Notes: generated from the letters alone by a model not told the origin. 32,000 bases of DNA from Candidatus Hadarchaeota archaeon (GCA_964514965.1 CAZETV010000001.1:240001-272000), one strand, 5' to 3'; counted from the stretch's first letter, positions 16,599 to 25,997 are shown. Numbers and translations are program-made.

Positions 16599-17408
16599 AT
16601 GGACATCACAAAAGAGAGAAAGAACTTATCAAAAGCAAGACGAATCGTGATTAAGATTGGCACAAGCAGTATCACCGACAAATACTCAAGACTCGACCCA
16701 AGCAAGGTCGGAAAGCTCGTCGAGGAAACAATGAGGCTGCGCACGCGTGGAAAGGAGATTATCATCGTTTCCTCCGGCGCAATAGGAGCAGGTGTGGGTC
16801 GCATTAATTTAGAACGTCGGCCGAGGGAGATGCCTCCATTGCAAGCAGCTGCGGCAGTCGGACAGGGGATTCTGATGCAAGTTTATTCGAAATATTTTGG
16901 AGAATACGAACAACCAGTTGCACAAATGTTGTTGACAGGAGAAGATTTCACAAATTCCAAGCGTTACCAAAATTTCAAAAACACTCTCGCGATTTTGCTG
17001 AGATGGGGTGTAGTGCCTATCGTGAATGAGAACGACTGCGTGGAAGTCGAGGAAATAAGGCTTGGTGATAATGACACCCTCTCTGCGCATGTGGCGGTAG
17101 GGTCCAAGGCCGATCTTCTCATAATACTTTCAGATATAGGAGGACTTTACAGGGACTATTCCAAGAAGGGAAAGCGAGGGAGTCTCATCCGAACCGTCAA
17201 GCGAGTTACGCGGGAGGTCGAGGGGCTTGTAAGCAGAAATTTCCGCGGCTTTGGCGGCATGCGCACAAAGATTAGAGCTGCAAAAATGGTGACGAAAAAA
17301 GGAATACCTGTAGTGCTAGCTAATGGCGAGGAGAAGAACGTGCTCGATCGGGTTATTGCCGGTGAGGAGATAGGTACACTCTTTCTGTCTGAGAGGGGGA
17401 AAAAATGA
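16599..17408 (+). CDS. proB: Glutamate 5-kinase, without PUA domain
   Basis: RIVIKIGTSSITD, IIIVSSGAIGAGVGRI, LLTGEDFTNSKRYQNFKNT, VPIVNENDCVEVEEIRLGDNDTLSAHVA, GGMRTKIRAAKMVTKKGIPVVLANG. Confidence 0.95.
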   Translation: MDITKERKNLSKARRIVIKIGTSSITDKYSRLDPSKVGKLVEETMRLRTRGKEIIIVSSGAIGAGVGRINLERRPREMPPLQAAAAVGQGILMQVYSKYFGEYEQPVAQMLLTGEDFTNSKRYQNFKNTLAILLRWGVVPIVNENDCVEVEEIRLGDNDTLSAHVAVGSKADLLIILSDIGGLYRDYSKKGKRGSLIRTVKRVTREVEGLVSRNFRGFGGMRTKIRAAKMVTKKGIPVVLANGEEKNVLDRVIAGEEIGTLFLSERGKK

Positions 17409-18742
17409 ACTCAGTCATATCAAAAGCGATGGCTGCTCGCACAGCATCGCTCAAACTCGCAAACATTACAACCAATAAAAAAAATATGGCACTTCTAAAA
17501 ATCGCTTCCGCCATCTCTAAACAAAAAAAAGCTTTGTTGAGGGCAAATGCCAAAGATGTTGAAAATGCCGAGCGCCTCTTAGCACGAGGGGAACTCTCCA
17601 ACGCTTTCGTCCAGAGGCTCAAGCTTAGTGATTACAAGTTGCGCAACATTGCTGAGATGGTGCGAAGCGTCGCGAGGCTTGAAGACCCCGTTGGAAAAAC
17701 ACTTTACGCGATGGAACTCGACCGCGGCCTAGAATTGTACAAGGTCTCATGCCCAATTGGGGTGATTGGGGCAATATTCGAGGCAAGGCCAGATGTGTTA
17801 CCCCAACTGTCAGCTCTGTGCCTCAAATCGGGGAATGCCATGATCCTAAAAGGAGGTAAAGAGGCAAGGTATTCGAATGAAGCTTTTTTTGAACTCATCC
17901 GCAGTGCTACTGAAAGGACTGGAATCCCGCGCGAATGGATCCAGCTCATCGAGGCGAGACAAGAAGTGCGGGAGCTGCTCAAACTCGATGAGCATATAGA
18001 CTTGCTAGTTCCGCGGGGAAGCAAGGAGTTCGTGAAGTACATCCAAAATAACAGCAGTATACCTGTGCTCGGTCACGCTGAGGGAGTATGCCACATCTAC
18101 GTCGACAAGGAAGCAAACTTGGAGCAGGCTTTAAATTTATGTTATGATTCTAAAGTTCAGTATCCTGCCGTGTGTAACGCTGTTGAAACGCTCTTAGTCC
18201 ATCGTGGGATAGCCAAGCGTTTTCTTCCACCATTAGCTAGACGCTATGAGAAAGTGGGGGTCGAGATCAGAGGGTGCGAGCGAACGAGAAAAATCCTGCA
18301 TGGTATCAAGAAAGCGACAGAAAAGGATTGGAAAACGGAGTATCTCGATTTGATAATCTCAATTAAAATTGTGGGCGGAGTAGATGAGGCGATTGAACAC
18401 ATCAATACATATGGTTCCAAACACACCGACGCGATAATCACCCAAAACGGGAAAACTGCATTCAATTTCCTGACTGGGGTTGATTCTTCAAGTGTAATTC
18501 TCAACGCATCTACACGGTTCAGTGACGGATATCGTTATGGACTGGGGGCAGAAGTTGGGATATCTACAGGCAAGATTCACGCGCGGGGACCTGTTGGACT
18601 GGATGGGATGGCCACCTCAAAATATTATTTGCTGGGTAAGGGACAAACGGTCGCCACTTACCTCGGCCCAACCGCGAAACCGTTCGTTCATCGAAAGCTC
18701 TCGAAGCGTTGGAACGATATCGCGCGTACTATAAAGAAGTAA
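17405..18742 (+). CDS. proA: Gamma-glutamyl phosphate reductase
   Basis: CPIGVIGAIFEARPDVLPQLSALCLKSGNAMILKGGKEA, DLLVPRGSKEFVKYIQNNSSIPVLGHAEGVCHIYVD, NASTRFSDGYRYGLGAEVGISTGKIHARGPVGLDGM. Confidence 0.97.
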   Translation: MNSVISKAMAARTASLKLANITTNKKNMALLKIASAISKQKKALLRANAKDVENAERLLARGELSNAFVQRLKLSDYKLRNIAEMVRSVARLEDPVGKTLYAMELDRGLELYKVSCPIGVIGAIFEARPDVLPQLSALCLKSGNAMILKGGKEARYSNEAFFELIRSATERTGIPREWIQLIEARQEVRELLKLDEHIDLLVPRGSKEFVKYIQNNSSIPVLGHAEGVCHIYVDKEANLEQALNLCYDSKVQYPAVCNAVETLLVHRGIAKRFLPPLARRYEKVGVEIRGCERTRKILHGIKKATEKDWKTEYLDLIISIKIVGGVDEAIEHINTYGSKHTDAIITQNGKTAFNFLTGVDSSSVILNASTRFSDGYRYGLGAEVGISTGKIHARGPVGLDGMATSKYYLLGKGQTVATYLGPTAKPFVHRKLSKRWNDIARTIKK

Positions 18743-19242
18743 TAACCGGTGTTTTCGTGAAATTCAAAAAAGTGGTCGTCGGCGGGACGTTTGATTACCT
18801 GCACGACGGGCACAAGGCGATATTAGCTAAAGCGTTCGAGATAGGAGAGCGCGTGACCGTAGGCATCTGCTCAGACGAAATGCAGTTTCTGCTCCGAAAG
18901 GACTCAGCAGGCATTCAACAGCTCGACATACGAAAGCAAGCACTGGAAGCGCTGCTGAGCTCCACGGGCTGGCTTGAGCGGGCCGATATAATAGCAATTT
19001 CTGAAGCGTTCGGACCGGCGGCGGAAGACCCCGATCTTGAGGCGATAGTGGTTAGCCCCGAGACTCGGGCGCGTGCCGAAGAGTTGAACCAGCTCAGAGG
19101 ATCGCGTGGGCTGCTGCCATTGGAAATTATCGAAATTCCATTTGTACTGGCCGACGACGGAAAACCGATATCATCAATAAGAGTCCGATATGGTGAAATT
19201 GACGTTCATGGTAAAGTGTTGAAAAATTTTCAAGCGGTCTAA
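18709..19242 (+). CDS. Phosphopantetheine adenylyltransferase, archaeal type
   Basis: VVVGGTFDYLHDGHKAILAKAFEIGERVTVGICSDEM, IVVSPETRARAEELNQLR, SSIRVRYGEID. Start may be ~18757; the 18709 start overlaps proA. Confidence 0.92.
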   Translation: MERYRAYYKEVITGVFVKFKKVVVGGTFDYLHDGHKAILAKAFEIGERVTVGICSDEMQFLLRKDSAGIQQLDIRKQALEALLSSTGWLERADIIAISEAFGPAAEDPDLEAIVVSPETRARAEELNQLRGSRGLLPLEIIEIPFVLADDGKPISSIRVRYGEIDVHGKVLKNFQAV

Positions 19243-19292
19243 GAGACAAGTGTTTAAATTATGCAAATCTTGTTTAATCAAAGGTGAGTTAA

Positions 19293-20510
19293 ATGCACCC
19301 CTCATATAACATCAAAAACACAAAGGGAGAGGAACTCGAAAAGCGAAAGATAGTACTCTGCATAACGGGAAGCGTGGCAGCCGTTAAATGCCCAGAACTT
19401 GCCAGAGAACTCATGCGCCATGGCGCCGATGTGCGAACATGCATGACATCCAGTGCGGCAGGTTTGATAACGCCGCAACTCATGCACTGGGCGACCGGCA
19501 ACGAAGTTGTTACCGCGATAACAGGCAAGACCGAGCACATCGAGCTGGCGCAGTGGGCCGACCTAGTGCTAGTTGCCCCAGCTACAGCAAACACATTGGG
19601 AAAAATGGCGCATGCGATTGACGACACACCTGTGACCTCGGTGGTCTCGGTAGCTTGGGGTCTCGAGAAGCCCATCGTCGCGGTTCCTGCGATGCACGAA
19701 TCAATGTACCATCACAAGCTGTTTCAAGAAAATTTGGCGAAACTCCGTTCGGCGGGCGTGCACCTGCTCGAGCCCAAAGTCGAGGAAGGGAAAGCAAAAT
19801 TGGCGAGCGTTGACGAGATTGTGCAATCTGTCATCGAACTCTTTGCCCCTCGCGACATGGACGGTATGCGAGTGCTCGTTACGGCGGGTCCAACAATTGA
19901 ACCAATAGACCCTATCAAATTCATTACCAACCGAAGTTCGGGCAAGATGGGCGTGGCAGTGGCCCGAGTCGCGGCATCTCGGGGCGCGGAGGTTGTGTTG
20001 ATTTACGGCCCGGGGACTGAGGCACCACCCTCGAGAGTAAAAGTCGTGCGTGTTCAGACCACCCAAGAAATGTGTGAGGCCCTCAAGTGTGAGCTAAAAT
20101 CACCTTACGATATCATCATTTCCACTGCGGCTGCACAGGATTTCGCAGTCGAACAACCAGCCGAGCAGAAACTGAGACATCTTGCGCCGCCAACACTCAA
20201 GCTGGTGCAAGCACCCCGTGTACTAGATGAGGCACGAAAACTTGCGCCAAATGCTTTTATAGTGGGGTTCAAGGCGGAGTTTAACGTGCACGATGAGGAG
20301 CTTCTAACGGCGGCAAAGGAAAAGCTGGGTGAGGGGCTCGACATGGTCGTAGCAAATGATGTGGCAAGGACGGGAGCCGGGTTTGGCTCTGATACCAACG
20401 AAGTCATAATTATAACATCCTCTGGTTCTAAAGTTATGCGCGCGACGAAGGTTGAGATCGCTAAGGCAATTCTAGATGCTGCGATGGCGAGGCTTCGAGG
20501 GCGTGATTAA
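19293..20510 (+). CDS. coaBC: Bifunctional phosphopantothenoylcysteine decarboxylase/phosphopantothenate-cysteine ligase
   Basis: IVLCITGSVAAVKCPELARELMRHGADV, LVAPATANTLGKMAHAIDD, PAMHESMY, VLVTAGPTIEPIDPIKFITNRSSGKMG, TGAGFGSDTNEV. Confidence 0.97.
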   Translation: MHPSYNIKNTKGEELEKRKIVLCITGSVAAVKCPELARELMRHGADVRTCMTSSAAGLITPQLMHWATGNEVVTAITGKTEHIELAQWADLVLVAPATANTLGKMAHAIDDTPVTSVVSVAWGLEKPIVAVPAMHESMYHHKLFQENLAKLRSAGVHLLEPKVEEGKAKLASVDEIVQSVIELFAPRDMDGMRVLVTAGPTIEPIDPIKFITNRSSGKMGVAVARVAASRGAEVVLIYGPGTEAPPSRVKVVRVQTTQEMCEALKCELKSPYDIIISTAAAQDFAVEQPAEQKLRHLAPPTLKLVQAPRVLDEARKLAPNAFIVGFKAEFNVHDEELLTAAKEKLGEGLDMVVANDVARTGAGFGSDTNEVIIITSSGSKVMRATKVEIAKAILDAAMARLRGRD

Positions 20511-21430
20511 TGCGAAAGGCATCAGCTTTCGTGCCAGCCCACATTTCAGGTTTTTTTCAAGTGTGCGAGGCGAGCGATCCAAAGCAAATGGGCTCGCGTA
20601 ATTGTGGCCCTTGCCTCGATATCGGCGTACTCACCGAGGTCAAAATTGAACCTGCCACTCGAACTAGCGTGAAAGTGTTTATGAATAATAAGCGAACATC
20701 AGCGGCAAAGACGACTTTGGCGGCTATTGAGACGCTCTTGGACGCTGTGCGTGAACCACTTGCGATCAAAGTAGCTCACTCATGCCAAGTGCCGATAGGT
20801 GCTGGATATGGAGCGAGTGGTGCTGGGGCATTCGGCGCTGTTTTGGCACTCTCTAAAGTTTTAGATTTACGCTTGTCGCGAGAGAGGCTTAGGGAGATAG
20901 CTCATGTCGCTGAAGTAACCTGTCACACGGGGCTTGGTGACGTGGGCGCGCAAGCACTCGGCGGGCTGGTAATCGGACTAGAGCCAGGAGCCCCCCCACA
21001 TGACAAGTGGAAGCAAATTCACCTCCCGAAAGATGTAAAGGTGGTTTGCGGCACCTTTGCCGAGCTACCGACGGCGAAGCTTTTGCGCGAGGAGGAATTT
21101 CGCGAGCGTTCAAAGCGGCTCGGTGGATTAGCTATGAAAAAATTGTTAGAAAAACCTAATCCCCAAAATTTTATGAAAGTGTCGCGTGAATTTGCAGAAG
21201 GGCTCGAGCTTTTAAACGATGACCTTCGCGCGTTGATTGAAGCTGTTTCAAAAACAGGTGCAATTGGGGTGAGCCAAGTGATGCTAGGAAAAGCAGCGTT
21301 TGCACTGGTGAAAGAGAAGAAGCTTGAGGATGTAACTCAAACATTTCTTGAATTTCTCGAGCCTAGCGCTGTTATCGTCGCAAGCGTGAACCGAAGAGGC
21401 GCCAAGTTGCTAGATCAAAATCTGTCATAG
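20510..21430 (+). CDS. Pantoate kinase (archaeal GHMP kinase)
   Basis: AFVPAHISGFFQVCEASDPKQMGSRNCGPCLDIGV, VPIGAGYGASGAGAFGAVLALSKVL, AHVAEVTCHTGLGDVGAQALGG. Follows coaBC with a 1-nt overlap. Confidence 0.93.
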   Translation: MRKASAFVPAHISGFFQVCEASDPKQMGSRNCGPCLDIGVLTEVKIEPATRTSVKVFMNNKRTSAAKTTLAAIETLLDAVREPLAIKVAHSCQVPIGAGYGASGAGAFGAVLALSKVLDLRLSRERLREIAHVAEVTCHTGLGDVGAQALGGLVIGLEPGAPPHDKWKQIHLPKDVKVVCGTFAELPTAKLLREEEFRERSKRLGGLAMKKLLEKPNPQNFMKVSREFAEGLELLNDDLRALIEAVSKTGAIGVSQVMLGKAAFALVKEKKLEDVTQTFLEFLEPSAVIVASVNRRGAKLLDQNLS

Positions 21431-21936
21431 CGCATAATCTTACTCAACTGTATGTGCCGCGGAGGGCTCGGTTCCTCAGCTGGTTTGCCTATTGGTACAA
21501 TGACGAGGGGCCTCACACCCTCAGGGGCGTTGATTACCTCCGCAACAGTGCCTTCATCAAATGACCCTACCCAGCATGTCGCATAACCAAGTGCATAAGC
21601 GGCTAGATTCATGTTTTGTGTTGCCGCGGCTGTATCCTGGATGCAATAGAGTTCCTCACTCCTCCTACCGTAGCGTCGAGAAGTGCGGGTGACATTCGCG
21701 CACACTACAATGACTACCGGCGCCTCCGCGATAAAAGTCTGCCCTAGTGCTGCATGCGCCAACCGCTCTTTTTGGGCTTGGTCTTTCACCACAACGAACT
21801 CCCAAGGCTGGCAATTGCCGGCGCTAGGGGCCTGCTGCGCAGCTTCGAGAATTTTTTTCAAGTCTTCCTCCTTTATGGGGTCAAGCCTAACCTCGCGCAC
21901 GCTTCATCTACCTTTGATTGCGTCGAAAATGTCCAT
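21415..21936 (-). pseudogene. Nitroreductase-family gene with in-frame TGA at codon 11 (21906-21904); the track lists only the downstream ORF 21415-21900
   Basis: Minus-strand reading from ATG 21936-21934: MDIFDAIKGR-*-SVREVRLDPIKEEDLKKILEAAQQAPSAGNCQPWEFVVV... The usual MDIFDAIKGRRSVR start is intact except that one Arg codon is TGA. Confidence 0.75.
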
Positions 21937-21962
21937 CCAGACACCCAAGCATTTAAACTCCA

Positions 21963-22250
21963 GTGGACGTAAAAAGAATTTGGCATGATAAAATGATCGA
22001 AACCTCGGAGCTTGACTGGATAGTTCAAAAGACCACTGAACTGCTCGCCGACAAGGTAAAAGACGCTCCGCTCACCGACCGCGACATTGAGCTAGCATTT
22101 GAAATGTTTGCGAAGCCGAGACTCGAGCGCTTCTCAGATACTTTCAAGAGCGATCTCGAAAGAAGGCAAGCCCAAGATTTCATTATGATGAAACTTCAGG
22201 AGCGGGCAAAGCAACTCAACGCGGAGCACTGGCAGAAACTGGAAATATAA
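21963..22250 (+). CDS. Hypothetical charged protein, 84-95 aa
   Basis: Open frame MDVKRIWHDKMIETSELDWIVQKTTELLADKVKDAPLTDRDIELAFEMF..., coding-like composition. Start may be the ATG at ~21993. Confidence 0.55.
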   Translation: MDVKRIWHDKMIETSELDWIVQKTTELLADKVKDAPLTDRDIELAFEMFAKPRLERFSDTFKSDLERRQAQDFIMMKLQERAKQLNAEHWQKLEI

Positions 22251-22300
22251 TTCTTTTTATCAGTTTCGAATATCACAAATAGGACGCGACGTTAAAAACT

Positions 22301-22573
22301 TTAAAGAAACGGCAGGTGCCCGGCCCACAACCAATAAGTGACGATGATACACAATATGGCTGCCACGAAGAGACCGCTCCCCCATCTCTTGGCTTGAGCC
22401 TTGAAGAAGATGTAGCCGAAGAGGCCGCTGCAGATTATAGCAATGATGAGTACGATACTAAGCACAATCTGTCCTATCAACCTACCCAACGAACCGAAAT
22501 AATCCGTGAGTGCGATAACCGGTAGTATGATAACGAGAACAAACACCCCTGCCAACATCAGCCATCCACGCAA
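22301..22573 (-). CDS. Small membrane protein, three predicted TM segments
   Basis: GWLMLAGVFVLVIILPVIALTDYF, LIGQIVLSIVLIIAIICSGLFGYIFF, GLFVAAILCIIVTYWLWAGHLPFL. Confidence 0.6.
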   Translation of the reverse strand: MRGWLMLAGVFVLVIILPVIALTDYFGSLGRLIGQIVLSIVLIIAIICSGLFGYIFFKAQAKRWGSGLFVAAILCIIVTYWLWAGHLPFL

Positions 22574-22647
22574 TCTTTCACCTATTCTGCTTATTCGTCG
22601 AACTTTTAAAAGGTTAACCTAGAGAAACTAAGAACTGGTGAAAATAA

Positions 22648-24414
22648 ATGCCGAGAATTGCCGTCATTGACCGAGAGTCATGCCAGCCCAAACGATGCTC
22701 GCTCGAGTGTTACCGCTATTGCCCGGGAGTTAGAACCGGTGACGAGACGGTAATCATCGACGAGCGAACGGGCAGACCAGTGATTTCGGAGGAGCTGTGC
22801 ACGGGCTGCGGAATATGCGTGCACAAATGTCCGTTTCGCGCGATTTCGATAGTCAACGTACCTCAAGAACTCAAGGAGCGCTGCATCCATCGCTACGGAC
22901 TTAACGGATTCGCCCTCTATGAGTTGCCCATTCCCCGAGCGGGCAAGGTCACGGGACTTATCGGGCAAAACGGGGCAGGCAAGACAACCGCGCTTGAAAT
23001 TTTGGCAGGAAAACTTGCCCCCAACTTTGGCTCGCCGGAGACAGCAACACCGATAAATCTAAACGAGTTTTTTAAGGGTTCCGAGCTACAGGCCTACTTC
23101 GATCGAATCGAGCAGATAAAGACAGCTTACAAACCCCAAGCGATCGATGGACTCCCAAAGGTGGTCCGAGGGAGAGTCGGTGAACTCCTCGCGAAGGTGG
23201 ACGAACGAAAAGTAGCAAAAGAACTGGCCGAATCACTTGAGCTAAACGAGGTTCTCGATCGCCACATAAAACTTCTCAGCGGAGGCGAACTCCAACGCCT
23301 AGCGATTGCCGCAGCAACCGCGCGGGATGCGGACATCTATTACTTCGACGAGCCGAGTTCGCACCTTGATGTCTACCAACGCCTCAATGCGGCGCGTACC
23401 ATTCGAGGGCTCGCGATAGCTGGAAAAGCCGTAATCGTCGTGGAACATGATCTCGCGATGCTCGACTACATGTGCGACTACGTGCATGTTCTCTACGGCA
23501 AACCAAGTGCTTACGGTGTCGTGTCATCACCGCACGGAGTCAGGATTGGGATAAACGTCTTTCTCGATGGCTACTTGCGTGAGGAAAATGTGAGGTTCAG
23601 GCGAGAATCAATTCGTTTCGAAGTCCGCCCTCCGTCAAAAGCTCGTATCGCTGGGCGGGCGATGTTCAGCTACCCCCGACTCAAAAAACGCTTTAAAGGA
23701 TTTGAGCTAGAGGTCACGCCAGGCAGCGTTTATGCTGGTGAGGTTGTTGGTGTGGTCGGCCCCAACGCCATAGGTAAAACCACTTTTGTGCACATGCTCG
23801 CAGGAAAACTCAAACCGACAATAGGAAAGTTCGATTCCAAACTGACAGTCGCTCACAAGTCGCAGTACCTGAAGATCGATTTTGAGGGAAATGTGGAAGC
23901 TTGGCTGCACGAGTTGCTCGGCGAGTTTGACCCGACCTTTGATCCCGATATCTTACAACCACTCGAGGTGAAGCCCCTACTCGAGCGAAAGTTAAAAGAT
24001 TTGAGCGGGGGGGAGCTCCAACGAGTCGCGATCGCCGCATGCTTGGGACAACCAGCCGACATCTACCTAATCGACGAGCCCAGCGCTTATCTTGATGTCG
24101 AGCAGCGCCTGCAAATAGCGCGCGTGATAAGGCGGGTGATTGAGAAGCGCGAGGTTGCTGCATTAGTGGTCGACCACGATGTACTGAGCGTCGACTTAAT
24201 CTCCGACCGCTTGCTTGTCTTTACGGGGGAACCGAGTCGAGTAGGCAAAACTCACGGCCCCCTTGGGATGCGCGAGGGGATGAATCGATTCCTGCACGAG
24301 GTCGGGGTCACCTTCCGACGGGACCCCCAGACTGGCAGGCCCCGAGCAAACAAGCCAGAAAGCAGCTTAGATAGAGAGCAGAAGGAGAGAGGAGAGTACT
24401 TTTATTTGAGTTAG
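22648..24414 (+). CDS. ABCE1/Rli1 ribosome recycling ATPase with N-terminal Fe-S domains
   Basis: ESCQPKRCSLECYRYCPGVRTG...CTGCGICVHKCPFRAISIVNVP, GLIGQNGAGKTTALEILAGKL, LSGGELQRLAIAAATARDADIYYFDEPSSHLDV, second NBD VVGPNAIGKTTFVHMLAG. Confidence 0.98.
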   Translation: MPRIAVIDRESCQPKRCSLECYRYCPGVRTGDETVIIDERTGRPVISEELCTGCGICVHKCPFRAISIVNVPQELKERCIHRYGLNGFALYELPIPRAGKVTGLIGQNGAGKTTALEILAGKLAPNFGSPETATPINLNEFFKGSELQAYFDRIEQIKTAYKPQAIDGLPKVVRGRVGELLAKVDERKVAKELAESLELNEVLDRHIKLLSGGELQRLAIAAATARDADIYYFDEPSSHLDVYQRLNAARTIRGLAIAGKAVIVVEHDLAMLDYMCDYVHVLYGKPSAYGVVSSPHGVRIGINVFLDGYLREENVRFRRESIRFEVRPPSKARIAGRAMFSYPRLKKRFKGFELEVTPGSVYAGEVVGVVGPNAIGKTTFVHMLAGKLKPTIGKFDSKLTVAHKSQYLKIDFEGNVEAWLHELLGEFDPTFDPDILQPLEVKPLLERKLKDLSGGELQRVAIAACLGQPADIYLIDEPSAYLDVEQRLQIARVIRRVIEKREVAALVVDHDVLSVDLISDRLLVFTGEPSRVGKTHGPLGMREGMNRFLHEVGVTFRRDPQTGRPRANKPESSLDREQKERGEYFYLS

Positions 24415-24707
24415 TGCTAGCTTTGATGGGGGGCTGGATGGGAGTCACTGAAGACATAAACTGGCTCAAATATGACGAAGACGGCGTGGAAAAAGTTTTC
24501 ATGATAATTGCCAACAAGGAAGGCGCTAAGCTCCAAGAAATCCGTGAGCTTTTCGGCACGGAGGACTGGTGGCCTATAAAAAACCATTTGCGTGCCCTCA
24601 CCGACCGAAATTTAGTCACCGGAGTTGAGGGAATTTACAAGCTGACTGAGAATGGACGAAAGGTGCTTGAAGGATTTAAGGCGATGGAATACGTCGAGCC
24701 AGTTTAA
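24414..24707 (+). CDS. Small winged-helix-like protein coupled to ABCE1
   Basis: KVFMIIANKEGAKLQEIRELFGTEDWWPIKNHLRALTDRNLVTGVEGIYKLTENGRKVLEGF resembles a winged helix. Start overlaps the ABCE1 stop (ATG at 24426 also possible). Confidence 0.6.
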   Translation: MLALMGGWMGVTEDINWLKYDEDGVEKVFMIIANKEGAKLQEIRELFGTEDWWPIKNHLRALTDRNLVTGVEGIYKLTENGRKVLEGFKAMEYVEPV

Positions 24708-24946
24708 ACTGAAATTGCTGAAACATTTCCCCCTTTGATTAACAAAATTTTATGTTTAACGGCGGAACCCTCGCTTGAGAGTTCCTCAGCTTCCTCAAGC
24801 ACTAGGTTCATATGGGCGTCATACTGGGTCAGCTTGCCGCGAAATTTTCGGCCGTCTTTTGCGCTGACCACTACGGTGGCATTCATAAACTTCTCTAGGT
24901 CAACCTGCGTTTCTTTCTCGGTTTCTGTCCGTGCTTCTCCTACCAT
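24704..24946 (-). CDS. Sm-like archaeal protein (LSm/SmAP)
   Basis: LEKFMNATVVVSAKDGRKFRGKLTQYDAHMNLVLEEAEE...KHKILLIKGGNVSAISV: Sm1 and Sm2 motifs. Confidence 0.95.
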   Translation of the reverse strand: MVGEARTETEKETQVDLEKFMNATVVVSAKDGRKFRGKLTQYDAHMNLVLEEAEELSSEGSAVKHKILLIKGGNVSAISV

Positions 24947-24976
24947 CTAATTCCCAATTGATGCTCGGTCTGCCAC

Positions 24977-24993
24977 TTTATAAGCTTTATAAA
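24977..24993. promoter_or_regulatory. Overlapping divergent TATA-like elements between lsm and radA
   Basis: tttataagctttataaa reads as a TATA box on both strands, ~30 bp from the lsm start. Confidence 0.45.
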
Positions 24994-25064
24994 TTACTTT
25001 CGGTGACCTCTCTCCCCTAAAATCACTTAAATCATGCACAAGAGGGGCGCATGGAGGTGGTAGA

Positions 25065-25997
25065 TTGATTGAATTTGAGGAACTTGAAGGGGTCGGGCCG
25101 GCGATTGCGGAGAAACTCCATTCGGCCGGTTACGATTCGTTGGAGAGCATAGCAGTAGCCACCACAGGCGAACTAATGGAGGCCGCTGAGGTGGGGATGC
25201 GGGTAGCGGTAAAGGTGATAAATGCCGCCCGCGATGCAGCGAACATGGGATATGAAAAGGCGAGCGAGGTGATGGAACGTCGGAAGCACCTCGGGTACAT
25301 CTCGACGGGGAGCCCCGCGCTAGACAAAATAATCGGCGGGGGAGTCGAGACACAAGGGGTGACAGAGGTGTTTGGTGAATTCGGGTCGGGGAAGTCCCAG
25401 ATAGCCCACCAACTCTGCATCAACGTTCAGCGTCCACCAGAGCAGGGAGGACTAAAAGGAAAATCCCTCTTCATCGACACCGAAAATACATTCAGGCCCG
25501 AGCGCATTACGCAGATGGCGCGTGCGGTGGGGCTAGAACCCGAAGTAGTACTCGAGAACATTTACATCGCTCGAGCGCGCACGACCGACCACCAGATGCT
25601 TTTGGCCGAGAAGATCCAAGAGATGGCGAAGGAGGGAGATGTAAAACTCGTCGTGATAGATTCGCTCACCTCTCTTTTCCGAGTCGAGTACTGCGGGCGG
25701 GGGGCGCTTGCTGAACGGCAGCAGAAACTGGGGCGTCACATTGCGGCGCTGCACAAGATTGCGGAGCTAAACGATCTCGCGGTTTTCGTGACAAACCAAG
25801 TGATGGCGAAGCCTGATATGCTTTTCGGGGATCCGACCAAGCCCATCGGGGGACACGTAATAGGACACTCAATGACCACGCGGGTCTACCTGCGAAAGAG
25901 CAAGGCAAACACTAGGGTTGCCAAGCTCATAGACCATCCCGGGTTGCCCCCAGAGAGCGCGACATTTCAGATAGCCGAAGCGGGAATCAGGGATTGA
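25065..25997 (+). CDS. radA: DNA repair and recombination protein RadA
   Basis: HhH N-terminus [24 protein letters not shown], Walker [18 protein letters not shown]-like, [42 protein letters not shown] start preceded by ggaggtgg at 25053-25060. Confidence 0.97.
   Translation: MIEFEELEGVGPAIAEKLHSAGYDSLESIAVATTGELMEAAEVGMRVAVKVINAARDAANMGYEKASEVMERRKHLGYISTGSPALDKIIGGGVETQGVTEVFGEFGSGKSQIAHQLCINVQRPPEQGGLKGKSLFIDTENTFRPERITQMARAVGLEPEVVLENIYIARARTTDHQMLLAEKIQEMAKEGDVKLVVIDSLTSLFRVEYCGRGALAERQQKLGRHIAALHKIAELNDLAVFVTNQVMAKPDMLFGDPTKPIGGHVIGHSMTTRVYLRKSKANTRVAKLIDHPGLPPESATFQIAEAGIRD

Noticed and set aside
21904-21906. UGA recoding (Sec or alternative code) as explanation for the in-frame TGA
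   Set aside because: TGA is used as a normal stop for other well-supported genes here (for example those ending at 1049, 4870 and 10555), and Arg to Sec at this position has no rationale; mutation or sequence error is simpler.
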